A DNA stretch of 58,922 bases, the filler included, from Dugesia japonica (taxonomy: Eukaryota): NCBI GenBank assembly GCA_001938525.1. It is 5 parts of 5 records of this genome, joined end to end, with 100 filler letters (N's around TTAATTAATTAA, not from the genome) between each part and the next. Parts side by side here need not be neighbours in the genome. Positions count along the whole stretch, not along the records: positions 19,851 to 38,253 come from MQRL01594789.1; 4 more parts are not named here. One strand, written 5' to 3'. The notes beneath the pieces were generated by a model. That model made no database searches. It had not been told where the DNA came from and saw only the letters and a program-made list of their open reading frames with translations. Positions 22,040 through 35,616 of the stretch are shown in pieces. Position 1 is the first letter of the stretch, and each line of letters opens with the position of its first letter. Both the position numbers and the translations under genes were made by a program.

Positions 22040-25000
22040 TTAGTGGGCGAGTTCTGGAACCATTTCATCGACTTTAGAACCAAGAATTTCTTGGAGCTGA
22101 TCTCGATATTTAGGGAGATTTTTCTTCATTAAATTGATGCATGGCCCCAAAAGTCTTTCAAAACTTTTAATATCCAAAACTGAAATTAAAAAACAATGAA
22201 TATCTCTATGAATGCATTGATATTTATAAACAAACAATACCAGTCTCTACATTAATAATAAAAAGTTAGTGAATTTCATTTCTTTTGAAAATGTACAAGA
22301 CAGATGTTAATTAGATAGATGTTTTAAATGTCTTAATAAAAATAAAACATGTAAATTAATATTACATCTGTATGTAATAATATGATTGTTAGAAATAACA
22401 GCTGACATCAGATTAAGACTATATCAGTAATTCAGTGGTGTAGCGAGCATAACTGGTACCCGGGGCACAATACATATTTGGCGCCCCCACTCAGAAAACA
22501 TAGTAATATAATATATAACATTGGTTTCTAAATTTTATCGGTGGCACTTAAGGTGTATTGTATTCGTGAATAATATAGGTAGTGCACTATTTTAGTTTAA
22601 TGTTATAATATAATCATAGTTGGATTCAAAAAATAAACCTAGTAGGATTTCATTGTTTGATATTTATTTCAGTCTTATTTATGTATAATAATAATAGTCA
22701 TAGTTCATTATTTTGCTGTTCCCGGTTTCATTTTCATTATGTAAAACATAGGTCTAATTTAATCCATAAAATTTTCTTCTAATCATGTAGTAAAGATCGA
22801 GAGACTAGTTGATATCGATTTAACCTTAAGTGAAGGCAAGTGCAGCATCAAAAACTACGGAGGTTGAGAAAGCCAAGCAGGCATTGCAGTGGAAATCGAG
22901 ATCCACCCGTTTGATTAGAGAAACCATGACCATTCGTCAACAGAACAATCAATTGCTTGAGAAGAATATACTGCTGCGAGAGAAGAAATTCAATTTAAGG
23001 ATGACGTGTCGGATGTTGGCGGGCATGGTAGAGTCATATACCAATCGTGAAGACAGGATCAAAACAGCAGAGATCGTGTGCGTAGATTCAGAGGTTAAAA
23101 TTGACATTTTTCATAATTCTGTTTGTATCATGTGCATGGTTTGATTATAAATTAAATTTATAGTGTAAATTGAGTTTTGGAACTGAATCACTTTGGTGAT
23201 TAATNTATAAAATTAAGTCAAGTTGATATGACCTAATGCCGTAAGACAGATTACTACGAAGACCCACTGAATCGGGAGAAAGTGTCAGCCCAGTGGGTGC
23301 ACAAATCCTGTGGTTTCTAGGTAATTTTCTAGACTAGAGTAACCAAATGCTTACATAAAGACAAGTTTTTGGGAAAGGATCCCATACGATCCCCACTAGT
23401 AATAATAAAGAATTTAAGCTCTAACACCCAGAGCCTAGAAGTCCAACAGTTATATGAATTATAAGTGCTTTTAGAAAATTCAATTATATCATTAAACAGT
23501 GGTTACCACACTTAATCTATCGCATATCCTTTGCCCAATAAAAAAATTAATTTTTTTTTGACAGAAAATCTTGTTTGTCTTGAAGACCATTCGGCGCTTC
23601 TCTGTGAGTGGTGCCTGGAGCATGATAGTCTCCGTTTCTCCCTCGCTACGCCACTGCAGTAATTGTTAACAAATCGACAAATGATTAAGAGTTTCTAGTT
23701 GTTTATAAAAATCAAAATTGAAAGACGTTCGGGTCAAACAAAAAAATTTAAAATGTCATGCATTATCAGATGAAGATGCATGTCAAACATAAAAGTAGCT
23801 TGAAAACAGATTAAACGATGCTTGGTATATAATTTCCGATTACTCTTAAAGAATAGGTAAGATTTTTAAGGAAGAAAATTGGGTTCTATATTAGTTAAAC
23901 GAAAAACAAATGGAAAACCGAGAAGTAATCAGTTAAATACTACTTCAACGACACTTCTTTTTGTAATGAATGGTGATTGACGATGAAAATTGAGTTCATT
24001 TTGAAAATCCTAAATATTTCGTAAATTACATAGTTATTTAAGTTCATAGGAAAATATTTTAATTTTGTCTTCTTTTTAAAAATTAATTCAATTTTAAAAA
24101 ATTCAAAGAAATTTACGCATTAATATTAAAAATCGATACATTAAACTTATAAATATGGGCAAATATATAATTCATAAAACAAAATAAAATTAAATTATTT
24201 CATTAAAAAATNNNNNNNNNNNNNNNNNNNNNNNNNNNNNNNNNNNNNNACGATATAAGAACAAAATTGATAACAAAATTTATTTGTATATGTAGAAACA
24301 TAAAAACAAACAAGTTTGAAGGTTTTGTTTTTATCGAATAAATACTTGAAAATAATTATAAATTTCATTATTCATATACAAAATACTAAAATTAAAAAAT
24401 CCATTTTCACAGTAATAATTTAAAATATTTTCTTGCATAAATGAAAGAATAAACTACGCAATAATATTGATTTTTTCATGAAATACGATACATACCTGCT
24501 ACTGTTGTCTTCCCTACAGCATACACTGAAGCCAGTCGTGGTTCTTTAATTAGAAGCGCAACTTCTAGAAGAATATAAGAAATTATTTAGTTACATTAAG
24601 AAATTCTCTAAGAATGTTAATAAATAAACTAAATTAAAAATATGAATCACTTATTAAGACAAAAAAGCTATAAAAAACGTTTTTATAAGTTATAAAGTTA
24701 TAATAAAATTCAAAATAATTAAGAGAAATAGATTTTTATGAAAATAACAATAATAATAATTAATATAATAATAATAATAGTAATAATAATAATAATTTTA
24801 CAATTGCAATTATTGCGAGAATAATTGCTGGTTTTGATCAAATAATTGATCGTTTTTAGAATTCATTTAAAATAAAAGCTTCGATCAAAAATTTTTTTTT
24901 GTTTTTTGAGATTGATTCGATATTTCGACTTTGTCTTCGAATAAATTCATCGAGAGGTAAAAATATTAATAAAGGCAACTTTATAAAATAAAATATTAGT

Positions 25001-28000
25001 TATCAAAACAATCAATGGAAGGTAAATTAATTAATAAAATAGAAATTAATTTTAAATCGAGAAGTAAATTTAATTATTTTTGAAAAGTATAAATAATTAA
25101 AAAAAAATTCAAGTATAAATAAGATTTATAATTAAATTTTATTTAACAATTTTTGCGTGATGTTTTAATGCTGATTTTGCTTTTATAGGTCTTCCACTTT
25201 TACGTCTCACACCAATCGGAATATTTGCTGTTAATGGGGATTTAAATTGTTTCAAACGATTTGCCATTCCAAAATCATGGCTGCAGATATAATGTTTAAT
25301 ATTGGCAGGACAACTACATATTGCCTTTTGCCAATAAGTTCGATTTGCATGTAGACAACATATTTTCAATGAATTTTATACAACAAAACGTTGTAAATTT
25401 ACCAAACTTGTATTGTTACAAATATTTTCATTTATATTTTTTTATTACCAGAAGGAATATAATATCTCGTAAATAAATTCATTTCTCCACCAATTATTTG
25501 TTTTGATTGTTTGGGCCATTGATACGCTTGTGTCCATTGTTCTAATAAAACAATTGGTGTTGTATGGAACAATTTATGTTATTTGAATCACGATCATAAT
25601 TTTAGCTTTCATTTCATTAATTTTACCTTTCGATTAAATACAATAATTTGGATTTTATTTAATTAATAGAAAATTATCTAGTAGCTTAAAAATATAATAT
25701 AATTTTTATGCTTATTCTACTTATTTACTTTTTAAAAACACATTCTAAAATCAAATATTTTAATTCTAACTTCATTTTTAAAAGCATATTTTAATCCATT
25801 TTACTTTTATATCTTGTTTTGTATAAATCTTGGTGTTTTTATTAATTTAGTAAAAATTTTCATTAATTATAAAATTTTGTTTAATAAGTATAAGTATAAC
25901 ATGTAAGCTTAATATTATGATGTATAATGACTCATAATTGATTTCCACAAACTGTAAATAAGTTACTCAATAATAATTAATAATCATAAAATTTGGATTC
26001 ACCTTAGTTTATTTATATAAATAAAATACTTATTTTTTAATTTGATTTAGGTGTAATTTAGTAACGTATAAAATAAGACCCCAAATAATCAATAATAGTA
26101 ATGGTAATTAATTAGTAAATTTAAAATCAATTATTACAACTTTTCATATAATTATATTAAATAATTTTTAATATAATCGTAACTTACGACTGGAAACTGA
26201 GTATTTTAAATATTTTTAAATGTTCAATAATTTGAAAATTCAGATGAATAATATTGCTAATATCACAAAAGAATTTCATCAAATAATAACAAAAAATTTA
26301 CGCAAAATAAATAACATAAATGCCATATTTTTAAGATATATTTTAAAATTTTGAACGTCAAGTAGCAAATTAGTATTATTTATTTATTGATTTCAGTAAA
26401 AATTTTATTCTTACATAATACTTAAATATAGGTCACGACTCCTTATTGCATCGAGTTCAAATTTTTATGGTTCATGTACTAATAGCAACAAATAAAATTC
26501 ACAATGAAATACTTGTTTTTACTCTGAATTCTGATTTTAAAAAATGATGAATTTTACGACACGAAGGTGCTGCCTGATATTGAAGACGAATTACTTTCTA
26601 AATCCAATCAGAAATGAAATGTCATCTAGGTTATTCATAAGATATAATCCTTAATCAATTTGTCTCATATTTCGAAATGAATAATAGTCGAGGTACTTTT
26701 ATCAAATAAATTTTGGACCATAGATAAAAGAAGGTTGAGAAACTCCGTTTTTTCAATTTGTATATTAAGACATTTTTGATACATAATATTACAAATAATA
26801 TTTTACAAAAAATAAATTCGTAGATTGATTTTTATCGAAAAAGTATTGCTAGAATATAAAGTCGAAGTATTTAATGCTATTGAAAATCTAATTAAAATTT
26901 CAACAGTCCATGAGTTGGATGCTTCAAATCTAAAATATCAATTGATACCTTTGTATCACGTTATTTTTCTTTTAAAAAATCAAATAGAATCGAAATTCTA
27001 CATCAAAATAAATATTTCATCACATAGAATTAGACCTGACAATTAAGGGTTGATATAATATTCTCATTACGGCAATGCTGAAGATACACGTTATAACTTT
27101 GATTAATATTAAATAGTATATTTTTAAGACAGAAATTCTTGTTTATAACATTATACAATCGCACCTGTTTTTGGGTGCTCTTTTTTATGCGATTTTTTGT
27201 GCGATTAGTTTTGAGTGATTTTTTTCATAAATCGCACAAAACCAATTTGACTGTATTATTTTATTATTTATGTAATTAATTGGTATGCTGAGAAAATTCT
27301 GTAGACCCCAATAGAGCCACCAAAAAAAGTCCGCGTAAGGGACACTGGGATGTATGCTATGTGGGGTAAATGTTCAATTGTCAATAAAATTGTTAGTAAA
27401 TTACAAAGATTTAAACATATATAAAGAGAAACAACAAAATTAACTAAAAACTTTTATAACAAGTTTATTTAACCAAAAATAATTACTGTAGTATTTTATT
27501 ATCTAGCTTCTGTTCTTTTTTTGCCAATAATTTTTCACTGTAACTTTTTGTGTACTCTCATTGAATAATATAAATATAATATAATATAGAATGTAAATAA
27601 TATTGTATATTAATATTCTAAATTTATCTTTAGCTGTTTTGACGAAGTTATTTTGTGTGCGAGCTATTTTGACGATGCTGTTTTGTCCTGGGTTATTTAA
27701 CAATGTGAGTTATAAAGTTATAAGTTAAAAATTTATTTCATTAAAAAAATATTTATAATTTATTAGATTAATTTAATTTTATCAACTTTTAAATGTTAAA
27801 CTTACTAATCTTACAAAAAAAATAGAAATAAAATTTTATTTCTAGTATTTTTCCATTTGCTACATTAATTCCGTAAATTCAAAAAATTATTGCTTTCAAA
27901 ATACGATAATTAGCAAATTATGTTTAATAAGTCGCTTAAAAATTGTACGACGTATTTTTTAAAAATAAATATAAATTAATACAATTAAGTGAATTCTGAA

Positions 28001-30920
28001 ATATAAATTTTAAATATTTAAAAAATAATTTTAAAGATTATTCAACTAATCAATATTAAACTGTGGAATTAAAATTGTTGACATTTATTAAAATCATATA
28101 AACTTTATTTAAATTACAGTATAATCCGGTTATAACAAATTCATTTAAACCGAACAAAAAAACAATAATCAATAATTTATTTATTGTTTTTCATTTAAAC
28201 AGAAGATTTTTAAACCGAATTAAAATTTGAAAATATTAACCACAAAATGCAAAAAAAAAACGAAGAAATTTATCTTTAAAAGAAAGATGTCAATAATATA
28301 ATCCATTGAGCTTTATCAAAAGCAAAATGAACTGGTGAAAAGATAAAATTCTATCCCCGGAACTGTTAGTAGTATTTGGAAAATCAAAGTAGAAATTAAA
28401 AAAGCTGTTATCGAACAAAGAAGTGATATCAAAAAAGTGAAAAGCCCCAAGTATAAATACCTCTTTTCTAACATGGTTAAAGCTTCAGAGGAAGGAATAT
28501 ACCCATTGACTAACTTATGCTAAAAAGCAAAGCAACATTGATAGCAAGTGAATTGGGAATAACCGGGTTTGAATGTTCAAGCAGTTGGATTTCACGATTT
28601 AAAAATAGACCCCATTGTATATGGTTCAATACAAGAGGAAACCAAATCAGTCGATGTAAACGCTGATTAATCATGGCTTGAGGATGAATGGCCGCGTTTA
28701 AGAAAAGTATATGCCTATAAAGGTGTTTTGAATGCAGATGAAATTGGGATATTTTATAAAGTTACTCCAAATATAACTCATTAATTTATAGGCGAAAAAT
28801 GTACCAGCGGAAAGCTATCAAAAGAGAGAATCACTGTTCTCTTTCGTGCAGGCATGACTGGGGAAAAAGACAGCCTCTAATTATTGGGAAAATTAAGAAT
28901 CCGAGATGTTTTAAAAATCAAAATTTGTCGATATATAAATACTATTTCAATTCTAAAGCATGAATGACCTCCAGTATCTTTAAAAATGAATTAATCCAGT
29001 AAGATTAAGAACTTTGAAGAAAAGGAAGTAGAAAAATAATATTATTGGTCTAAAAATTGCCCCACTCATTCAAATATAAACGATGTGTTGACCCAAATTA
29101 AATTGGTGTTTTTGCCATCGAATAGAANGAGTATTTTACAACCACTTGATCAAGAAGTGATAAGAAACTTTAAAGTTTATTATACAAAATCATTAATATC
29201 TAAAATGATACAAACGGCTGATAATGGTGAAGAATTTAAAATAACTCTTAAAGATATAATCCAACTTGTAGAAAGTTCTTGGTTTTAAGTCAATAAAAAT
29301 ACCATCATTAATTGTTTCCACCATTCGAAAATAAAAAGCGAGTTTGAAAAAAAATATACAAAATTTCATCTAAAAGACAGCAATTTATCGGAATCTTTAA
29401 ATATGATTCAACCATTTTTTTAATTCGGTTGTTGAAATGAATAGCTATTTTGAAATCGATAAAGATGTTCAAAAAACAGGGGATTTTTGTATAGAATCTG
29501 ATGAATCATTACGACGATACTGAGGAAGAGACTATTACTTTAAAAGTGGTTGACTTGAGAGGCATTAAATGTTATTAGTAAATTTTATGGTTTCGAAATG
29601 CCATCAGAGGAGATAAAAGCAAGCGTATTTGCATTGCAAGAAGATTTGGAAAAGCGGAATATTTTAAGAAGAAAAGTGCAAAGAAAGATTACTGATTTTC
29701 TAATAAAAAAATAATGGTGTTGTGGAGATACCTTTTAATCGATGTTATTATTTTATGTTTATTAAAATAAATCGAAAAAGCAAATATTCTTTTAATTTAG
29801 TTTATCTATATTACATATAAAAACAATTTTTATCGTTTTTAATATGTAAAAACCAGTTAAACCAAACTTCTAGTTATAATGAACTTAAATTTCGATGATC
29901 CCTTCAAAGTTCGGTTTAAGCGGATTTCACTGTATTTAGATAAACATTTATTGGATAGATATTTTAAGTTTTATTTAGAAAATTTGTTACTTGGATTTTG
30001 ATTTTGGAATTTTGTTATTTGGAATTTTGTTATTTGGAATTTTGCTATTTGGAATTTTGCTATTTGGAATTTTTCAATTTGGAATTTTTTTATTTGGAAT
30101 TTTTTATTTGGAATTTTTTTATTTCAAATTTTTTTTAATATAAAAATTTAAAAATGAGCATGGATATGTAATTTCAATATTTGAAAAAGTGATGAGTTTG
30201 TTCAGAACAAAAATTTGAAGAATTGTTACACTTTCTTTTTGAGTTAAAAAAAAAATTTCTACCAGATATCTTTGCATCTTTGAGACAATTTTTCTTTAAG
30301 ACCAGAAGTATCATTACTTCCAACCTATGATAATATAAAATCAAATATTTGACGTGAAAAGCATAGTCATTTATCTATTCTATTCGCGGATGGATTCAAC
30401 TATAAGCTTTCAAGAAGATTAAACAAAGCTCACCTTACCGTTAATGAAGTTCTGATTATTCTTGTTCAAATTGAAGCTCTCATTGCGCCAAGAGAACAGA
30501 AAAGAATATATATCAAATACCATGAGTGCATAACTAATACAAGTGTAAAACATATAAATGGTTTAATCAAGCTCGAAGAGCTCATAAGAGCGATGACTTA
30601 GTTAATATAAAAAATGTAATAATAAGAGTTGATTTGATTATTATTCCAAAAAATTCTAAATTAAAAAAATTCCAAATAAAAAATATCCAAATAAAAAAAT
30701 CCCAAATTAAAAGTTCATTAATTATTACAATCAATAAATTTCACACAATAATAACTGTACTAATGTTAATTAATTACAAATTTTATTTATTACTTAAATA
30801 TATTTTCTAATATATTTTTACATATCTTGCAAATTATATAAAAATTTAAAATCAATAAAATTTACCACCAAAATAATCTCCTTTTTCTAATTTATTAACT
30901 TCTTTTGGAGGCGAACCATC
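22040..30920 (-). CDS. PRKAR2: cAMP-dependent protein kinase regulatory subunit (type II-like), last three exons: 30866-30920, 24496-24564, 22040-22179
   Basis: In-phase GT-AG splicing gives [87 protein letters not shown], matching the RII cNMP-B domain ([45 protein letters not shown]). Upstream exons were not found. Confidence 0.9.
22433..23656. mobile_element. Non-autonomous hAT element
   Basis: TIRs cagtggtgtagcgag / ctcgctacgccactg with a perfect 8-bp TSD cagtaatt (22425-22432, 23657-23664). Confidence 0.92.
22552..23510 (+). mobile_element. Probable solo LTR (959 bp) nested in the hAT, containing ORF 22830-23144
   Basis: 5-bp direct repeat CTTAA at 22547-22551 and 23511-23515. Ends are ggtg.../...caca (TG..CA with one mutation). 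TATAAAA at ~23206 and AATAAA at ~23404. Confidence 0.6.
25139..25600 (-). mobile_element. MULE/Mutator transposase C-terminal remnant with SWIM zinc finger
   Basis: CSCPANIKHYICSHDFGMANRLK (CxC-x8-CxH) followed by IPIGVRRKSGRPIKAKSAL. Confidence 0.75.
27153..27255. mobile_element. Small Tigger-like MITE
   Basis: Imperfect TIRs tacaatcgcacctgtttttg / cacaaaaccaatttgactgta. Confidence 0.35.
28117..29932 (+). mobile_element. Full-length decayed Tigger/pogo transposon
   Basis: TA|cagtataatccggttataac ... gtttaagcggatttcactg|TA. CENP-B HTH and DDE motifs include KRRNLSLKE, SSSWISRFKNR, NADEIGIFYK, SGKLSKERITVL, NSKA*MTSSIF and FLPSN..SILQPLDQEVIRNFKVYY, with many disablements. Confidence 0.93.
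29980..30716 (+). mobile_element. MULE-like deletion derivative with tandem-repeat TIRs
   Basis: 16-bp tandem tggaattttg(t/c)tattt at 29995-30130 is mirrored by ttccaaataaaaaa copies at 30645-30712. Internal fragments FADGFNYK and AHLTVNEVLIILVQIE resemble FLYWCH/MULE pieces. No TSD is visible. Confidence 0.45.
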
Positions 30921-31500
30921 CTGAATAGATAGCAATAAATTGATAAACAGGATATACAATAATGATTTAAAAATTTAACGATTTTAAAAATTAAAAAGTC
31001 GAGTTAACTTTTAAATATATAATAAGAATGTGAAAAAAGTTACTAAATACAACTTTGTTAATATGAAAATGAGAAATTTTTTTATTGTGTTAATAAACTA
31101 TAATTACATACTAGTCACGAATAATTAATATATCATGAAACACAGGTTTTGTCTAGAAAAAAGTATTAAATGAATGTTTTTAATGGTTATAACATATACT
31201 AAATAATTTTTTGCATTTTGAAAGTCATTAATAAAGTTATAAACATAATTTATTGTTTTTAGTTTAACAATTATTTCAATTAAGATATTAAATTTACAAG
31301 TAAATATTTTGCAATATTTGTCAATATTTTAATGACAAAATATTTCAACAGCAACAGCATACCTTATTCATTTATACCATAACATGACTATAATCATTAA
31401 TATAGTAAAAAATTTTAAATTAACTTTTTTAAACAATTAACACATCTAAATTATTTTAGCTGTTATCACTAAATTGCTTAGCTTTTCATGAAAATAAAAC

Positions 31501-31712
31501 CACTCCATTATATATGCGTCTTATGTCATTGTTTTTATATATTGAGAATACTTGGTCGGACAATTCTCAAGCTTTTTTTCAGTGTTGTGGTTTTTTTTCA
31601 TTTTACTAAAAAACAAATAACTTCGCGGGTGGATTTAACTCTAAGCTGTCACGACTGATCATTACTGACTAATTGATTCCAGCATTATTAAAGACGCATA
31701 TCTATGGAATAA
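31501..31712. mobile_element. MITE-like element
   Basis: Imperfect TIRs ctccattatatatgcgtctt / aagacgcatatctatggaa. Confidence 0.4.
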
Positions 31713-33699
31713 TGGAAATATTTTCATTCTTTTTAAACATTCATTTGAACAATGAATTTTTTTACATATTACTATTTTTAGTGTTGCTTATATTTAGAAG
31801 CAATCGGTACAACAATTAAAGCATTCTTAGCTTACTCTACATAGATAGTAAAAATTTATTTATTTAGGAAAGTAATATAAGAGAAGAGAATAAATCGTTG
31901 AACTTCGTGTTTCTTATTTAGCCAAATTTTAAAACGCAATGTTTACTTTTTACAACACTAATACAAAGTTTGGTTTAATAACAATATTCTATTTGTGAGT
32001 ATGTTTTGAAAAGCGAATTGAAATTTTGTGCTTTGGTTGGAAATTATTTTTTTAAAAAAATCCAAATCACAAATTAATTAAGAAATTAAAGTAAATTAAA
32101 TTTTTTTACAAAGATTTGAATAGTTTAAAGATTAATTTAAATATTTTTATACATAATTTATTGTAGATTTTTAGAAATGACAATTTTGTTTTAAACTTTC
32201 AAAGATTTTTAAATGATATTTTAATAACGAATGATTGTTTGTCTTAAAATTTTGTGAAAATTTTAAGGGATATGCTAATAACAAATAATTATTTTCTGTA
32301 AATTTTCGAATTATTTTAAATGAAGGTTTTAATCTAAAATTTTAAATTTATTAAAAAATAATTTCCAATTAAAGCATGGAGTTTTAATTTGTTTTAAAAA
32401 AAATAATGATGGTTATAGTTTTTGTTTTGTTAATAAATCTTTTATGGAAATGAGTTTTGACATTAATGATCCGATGAGTACTTCAAACTTATCTAACACT
32501 ATTATTTTTCAGTGTAAATGGTTAGTTTGTTAAAATTCCAGTATACAGATAAATTAAATTTCTTTAAAAAATTTCAATACATCCTTTTCAAAAATTAAAT
32601 TGAAATTTAAAAATATTTAATTCAAATTCCTAAAAATCAAAATTATTATTAATTTTCACTAGTATGCTTAAACAATTGATATATTATTTAATGTGATATT
32701 GTTTGCAAATTTATCAGAGGTCTTTACATTTCTTCAATTTTGATCTAATCTATTAGCAACCGTAGTAAATAATAGAATTGTTTTATTAACCGGAATTAGA
32801 CATCCGGTTAAATGAATGATGAAGTAGAAAATGTTTTTTTCCAAAATTATATATTTATGTTAACGAGCTGAATTCGAAATATACTTAAAACGTTAAAAAT
32901 AGATGAATCTTTTTCAAGAATATGTATCTTCTTGGTTTATTCAAATTCTTCGTTTTTAAAGTGTTCAAAAAATTAAATGATAAAAAATAAAAAAATTTTT
33001 GAATGAAAATCAATACATTAACAGCGATTAAATTAATTTGGAGTGACATTTCTATTCACTATATATATAAAATGTTAGCATAATTTCACAACAAATCAAA
33101 ATGTAATAGAAAATATTATTAAAATGTGTGCAATTTACACACAATCGTATAAGCATTGTATAATTAAAGATGATTGATGTAGGTTTCTTTTTGCAAATAA
33201 TTATTGATCGACTAAAAGTTTTGAATTTTTTATTTTAAATTTTTAGTAAAATAAATAAAATAACTTTAAAAATGCACCTAAGAAGATATACATGTGAATT
33301 GACAAGTTTCAAAATTTGAACAAAAATTCATCGTTCGAGTTTATAAACAAAGTTATTTATTCTAATACAGATGGAATATAAAATATGTTTCGGCCTTAAA
33401 TTGTAAATCGAAATTCGCTAACTTGATGCGAATTATAAATGTTATTCGTAAAAGTCTCCATTTCAAGCCATTAGATTATAATTAAGTATATTGAAAATTA
33501 ATTAAACCAGAGTTTGTTTAAAATAGAAAAATATCAGTATATTTTAAGAGAAAAAATCTTACCAGATAACTCATAAAATAAAGTTTTAAAAAATATTAAA
33601 TTTAAAATTAAATAAAAGTTAATTACAGTATAAATTTTAAAAAATTAAGGCGAATACAATAAAAGTCAAGTCAAATATGTACATAATTGTATTTATTTA

Positions 33700-35616
33700 T
33701 AAGTTTTAATAAAATGAGCTAATTGCATAAAGTAAAACGTAAGTATAAGAAATAGGATAATATACAAGGAAGCAACTATTAATTTGTATGAGGTAGGAAG
33801 CAGCTATAGAAAGAACAGTTCGATCTTGGTTTTAAAAATTCCAAAATGGAGATTTTAGCTTAGAAGATGCCTCATTTGGATAAGCATTCTGATGTTAATG
33901 ACGCCATCTTGCAGTCTGCATTGGCAGCAGATTCATTTAAAATTAACATGCCAATATCGAGAAGATTTCAGCTTTCACAAGCAAAGATTACAAACAACAT
34001 TCATCGATTTATATTTATTTTAAAATGGTCTAAATAGATACTTTTTAGTAACATGAACTGACAGCAAAAGCAAATTGAATTGAATTTTTGTATGTACTTT
34101 TACAAAATGAAAATGATTCGTTTTTGGGTAGAATGATAACTGGAGAATATATTTGATACAAAAATGTCAATAATACAATAATGGCTTGAAATTCGGAATT
34201 TTCAAAATCTCCAAACCCGAAGAAATTTTTGAAAATCCAAATTCGAGGTTTTAGAAATTTAAGTAAAATTTTATTATTTATTCAAGTAGAATTTATTTCA
34301 TAAAATATCAATAAATCATTTTATTTTTATTTAAATTTGTTTTTATTTTTCTCCGCATTGTTTGTTTATCACAACTTGTCACCAAATTCGTCGTCATTCT
34401 ACCTTTTTTAAAGTAATTTTAAAAATTTATTTAAATAAAAAATTACTTTTCGAAAGTATGGTAGATAAAGGAAAAATGAATCAGTGGCGTAATTAAAGCA
34501 TATAGCCAGATCAACATAGAAGAAACCTTTCTCAAAAATCAATTCAAGTATTATTTTTATAGTAAATTTAAAATCTAACACGCATTTTAAAGAATGCTGT
34601 AGATAGTTCTCATAAAACCACTCATAAAGCACACATTTTGATGTCCATTTGATAGAATGTGGCAAACCTGAAAATGATGTTCCAATAGTCAGCTTCATAA
34701 AACCCAAGTTTGAGTTTTACGATGATGCAATTGCAAAAATAGTCTGTTTAGATCATTTTACTATTAATAAGATTCAATTCAGCAGCTTCCAAAGTATAAA
34801 TATTTTATACTTTATAAATATTTTATATTTTATCCATCATCCAAAGACTATTTATTTGTTAAAAAATCAATCACGAAAATAAAAATTCTAGCACAAGAAA
34901 TTAAAGGGCTCTTAGATGATGTCCAAAAGCCAAATATCATGACAGATTAGTTGACATCAAAGGTTACAGTCCAAATGATCAATCTAATTGTCACTTTAAA
35001 CCAGCAAGACTTCAACATTGGTCTAATTGAGATCAAATCAAGTGCTATTGCTGATCACATCAAAGTACTAATCCATTTAGCCTCGCCGGATATTCATCAA
35101 CAAAAACTTATGCTTTCTCTTTGGTTAAATCAAAAAGGTCTCAAAAATTTTGATTTATTACAGCCAATATGTATTGTAATAAATTGATTCGTTTAGCTGC
35201 CAAATTATGAAATAAATATCCGATTTTAAGCAACAGTAAGTGTTCTGATTCACCATGACTATGATAGGCCACACTGCAATGAAAACACATTAGAAGACAC
35301 AAAATCTTGGTTGGAATTACTTATTCATTCTCTATATTAGCTGGAATTGCTCCATTTAACTAATTCTTATTTCGATCTTTACAAAATTATTTCGATCAGA
35401 GATAATTCATTGATTCCTGCGATATTAAATATACTCTTGTAGCTTTCTTTGACTCTTAACAAGAAGAATTTTTTCTAGAAGTATAGATCATTTACCAGAC
35501 AAATAGAGGCAATTTATAGAAAATAATGGAAATTAAATTTTGGATTAAATACCAATCTCGAAATTTTTTGTTTTCATTTTTCTTGAAAATAGGCAACCCG
35601 TTTCTGTTCAACCCGA
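33700..35616 (+). mobile_element. Decayed mariner interrupted by ~0.9 kb of other sequence
   Basis: ERTVRSWF*KFQNGDFSLEDA, FLGRMITG, HQQKLMLSLW, IHHDYDRPH and LFRSLQNYF. The right TIR ends ...tgttcaacccga|TA. Confidence 0.8.
34190..35080 (+). mobile_element. Possible Gypsy gag fragment inserted in the mariner
   Basis: It interrupts mariner colinearity. SNCHFKPARLQHWSN*DQIK resembles a decayed CxFKxAxCxxCxKxGH knuckle. Confidence 0.3.

Larger units (their letters stand above)
22250..24015 (+). mobile_element. Decayed mariner (Mos1/mauritiana-like) 5' part, interrupted
   Basis: After the hAT insertion: ERRSGQTKKF, ALSDEDACQT, WVLY*LNEKQMENREVIS and MVIDDEN*VHFENPK. The left boundary is approximate. 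Confidence 0.7.

Noticed and set aside
30262-30325. Minus-strand AG..GT segment as an extra PKA-R exon
   Set aside because: No similarity to PKA-R, it lies inside a repeat element, and the flanking exons already join in phase.
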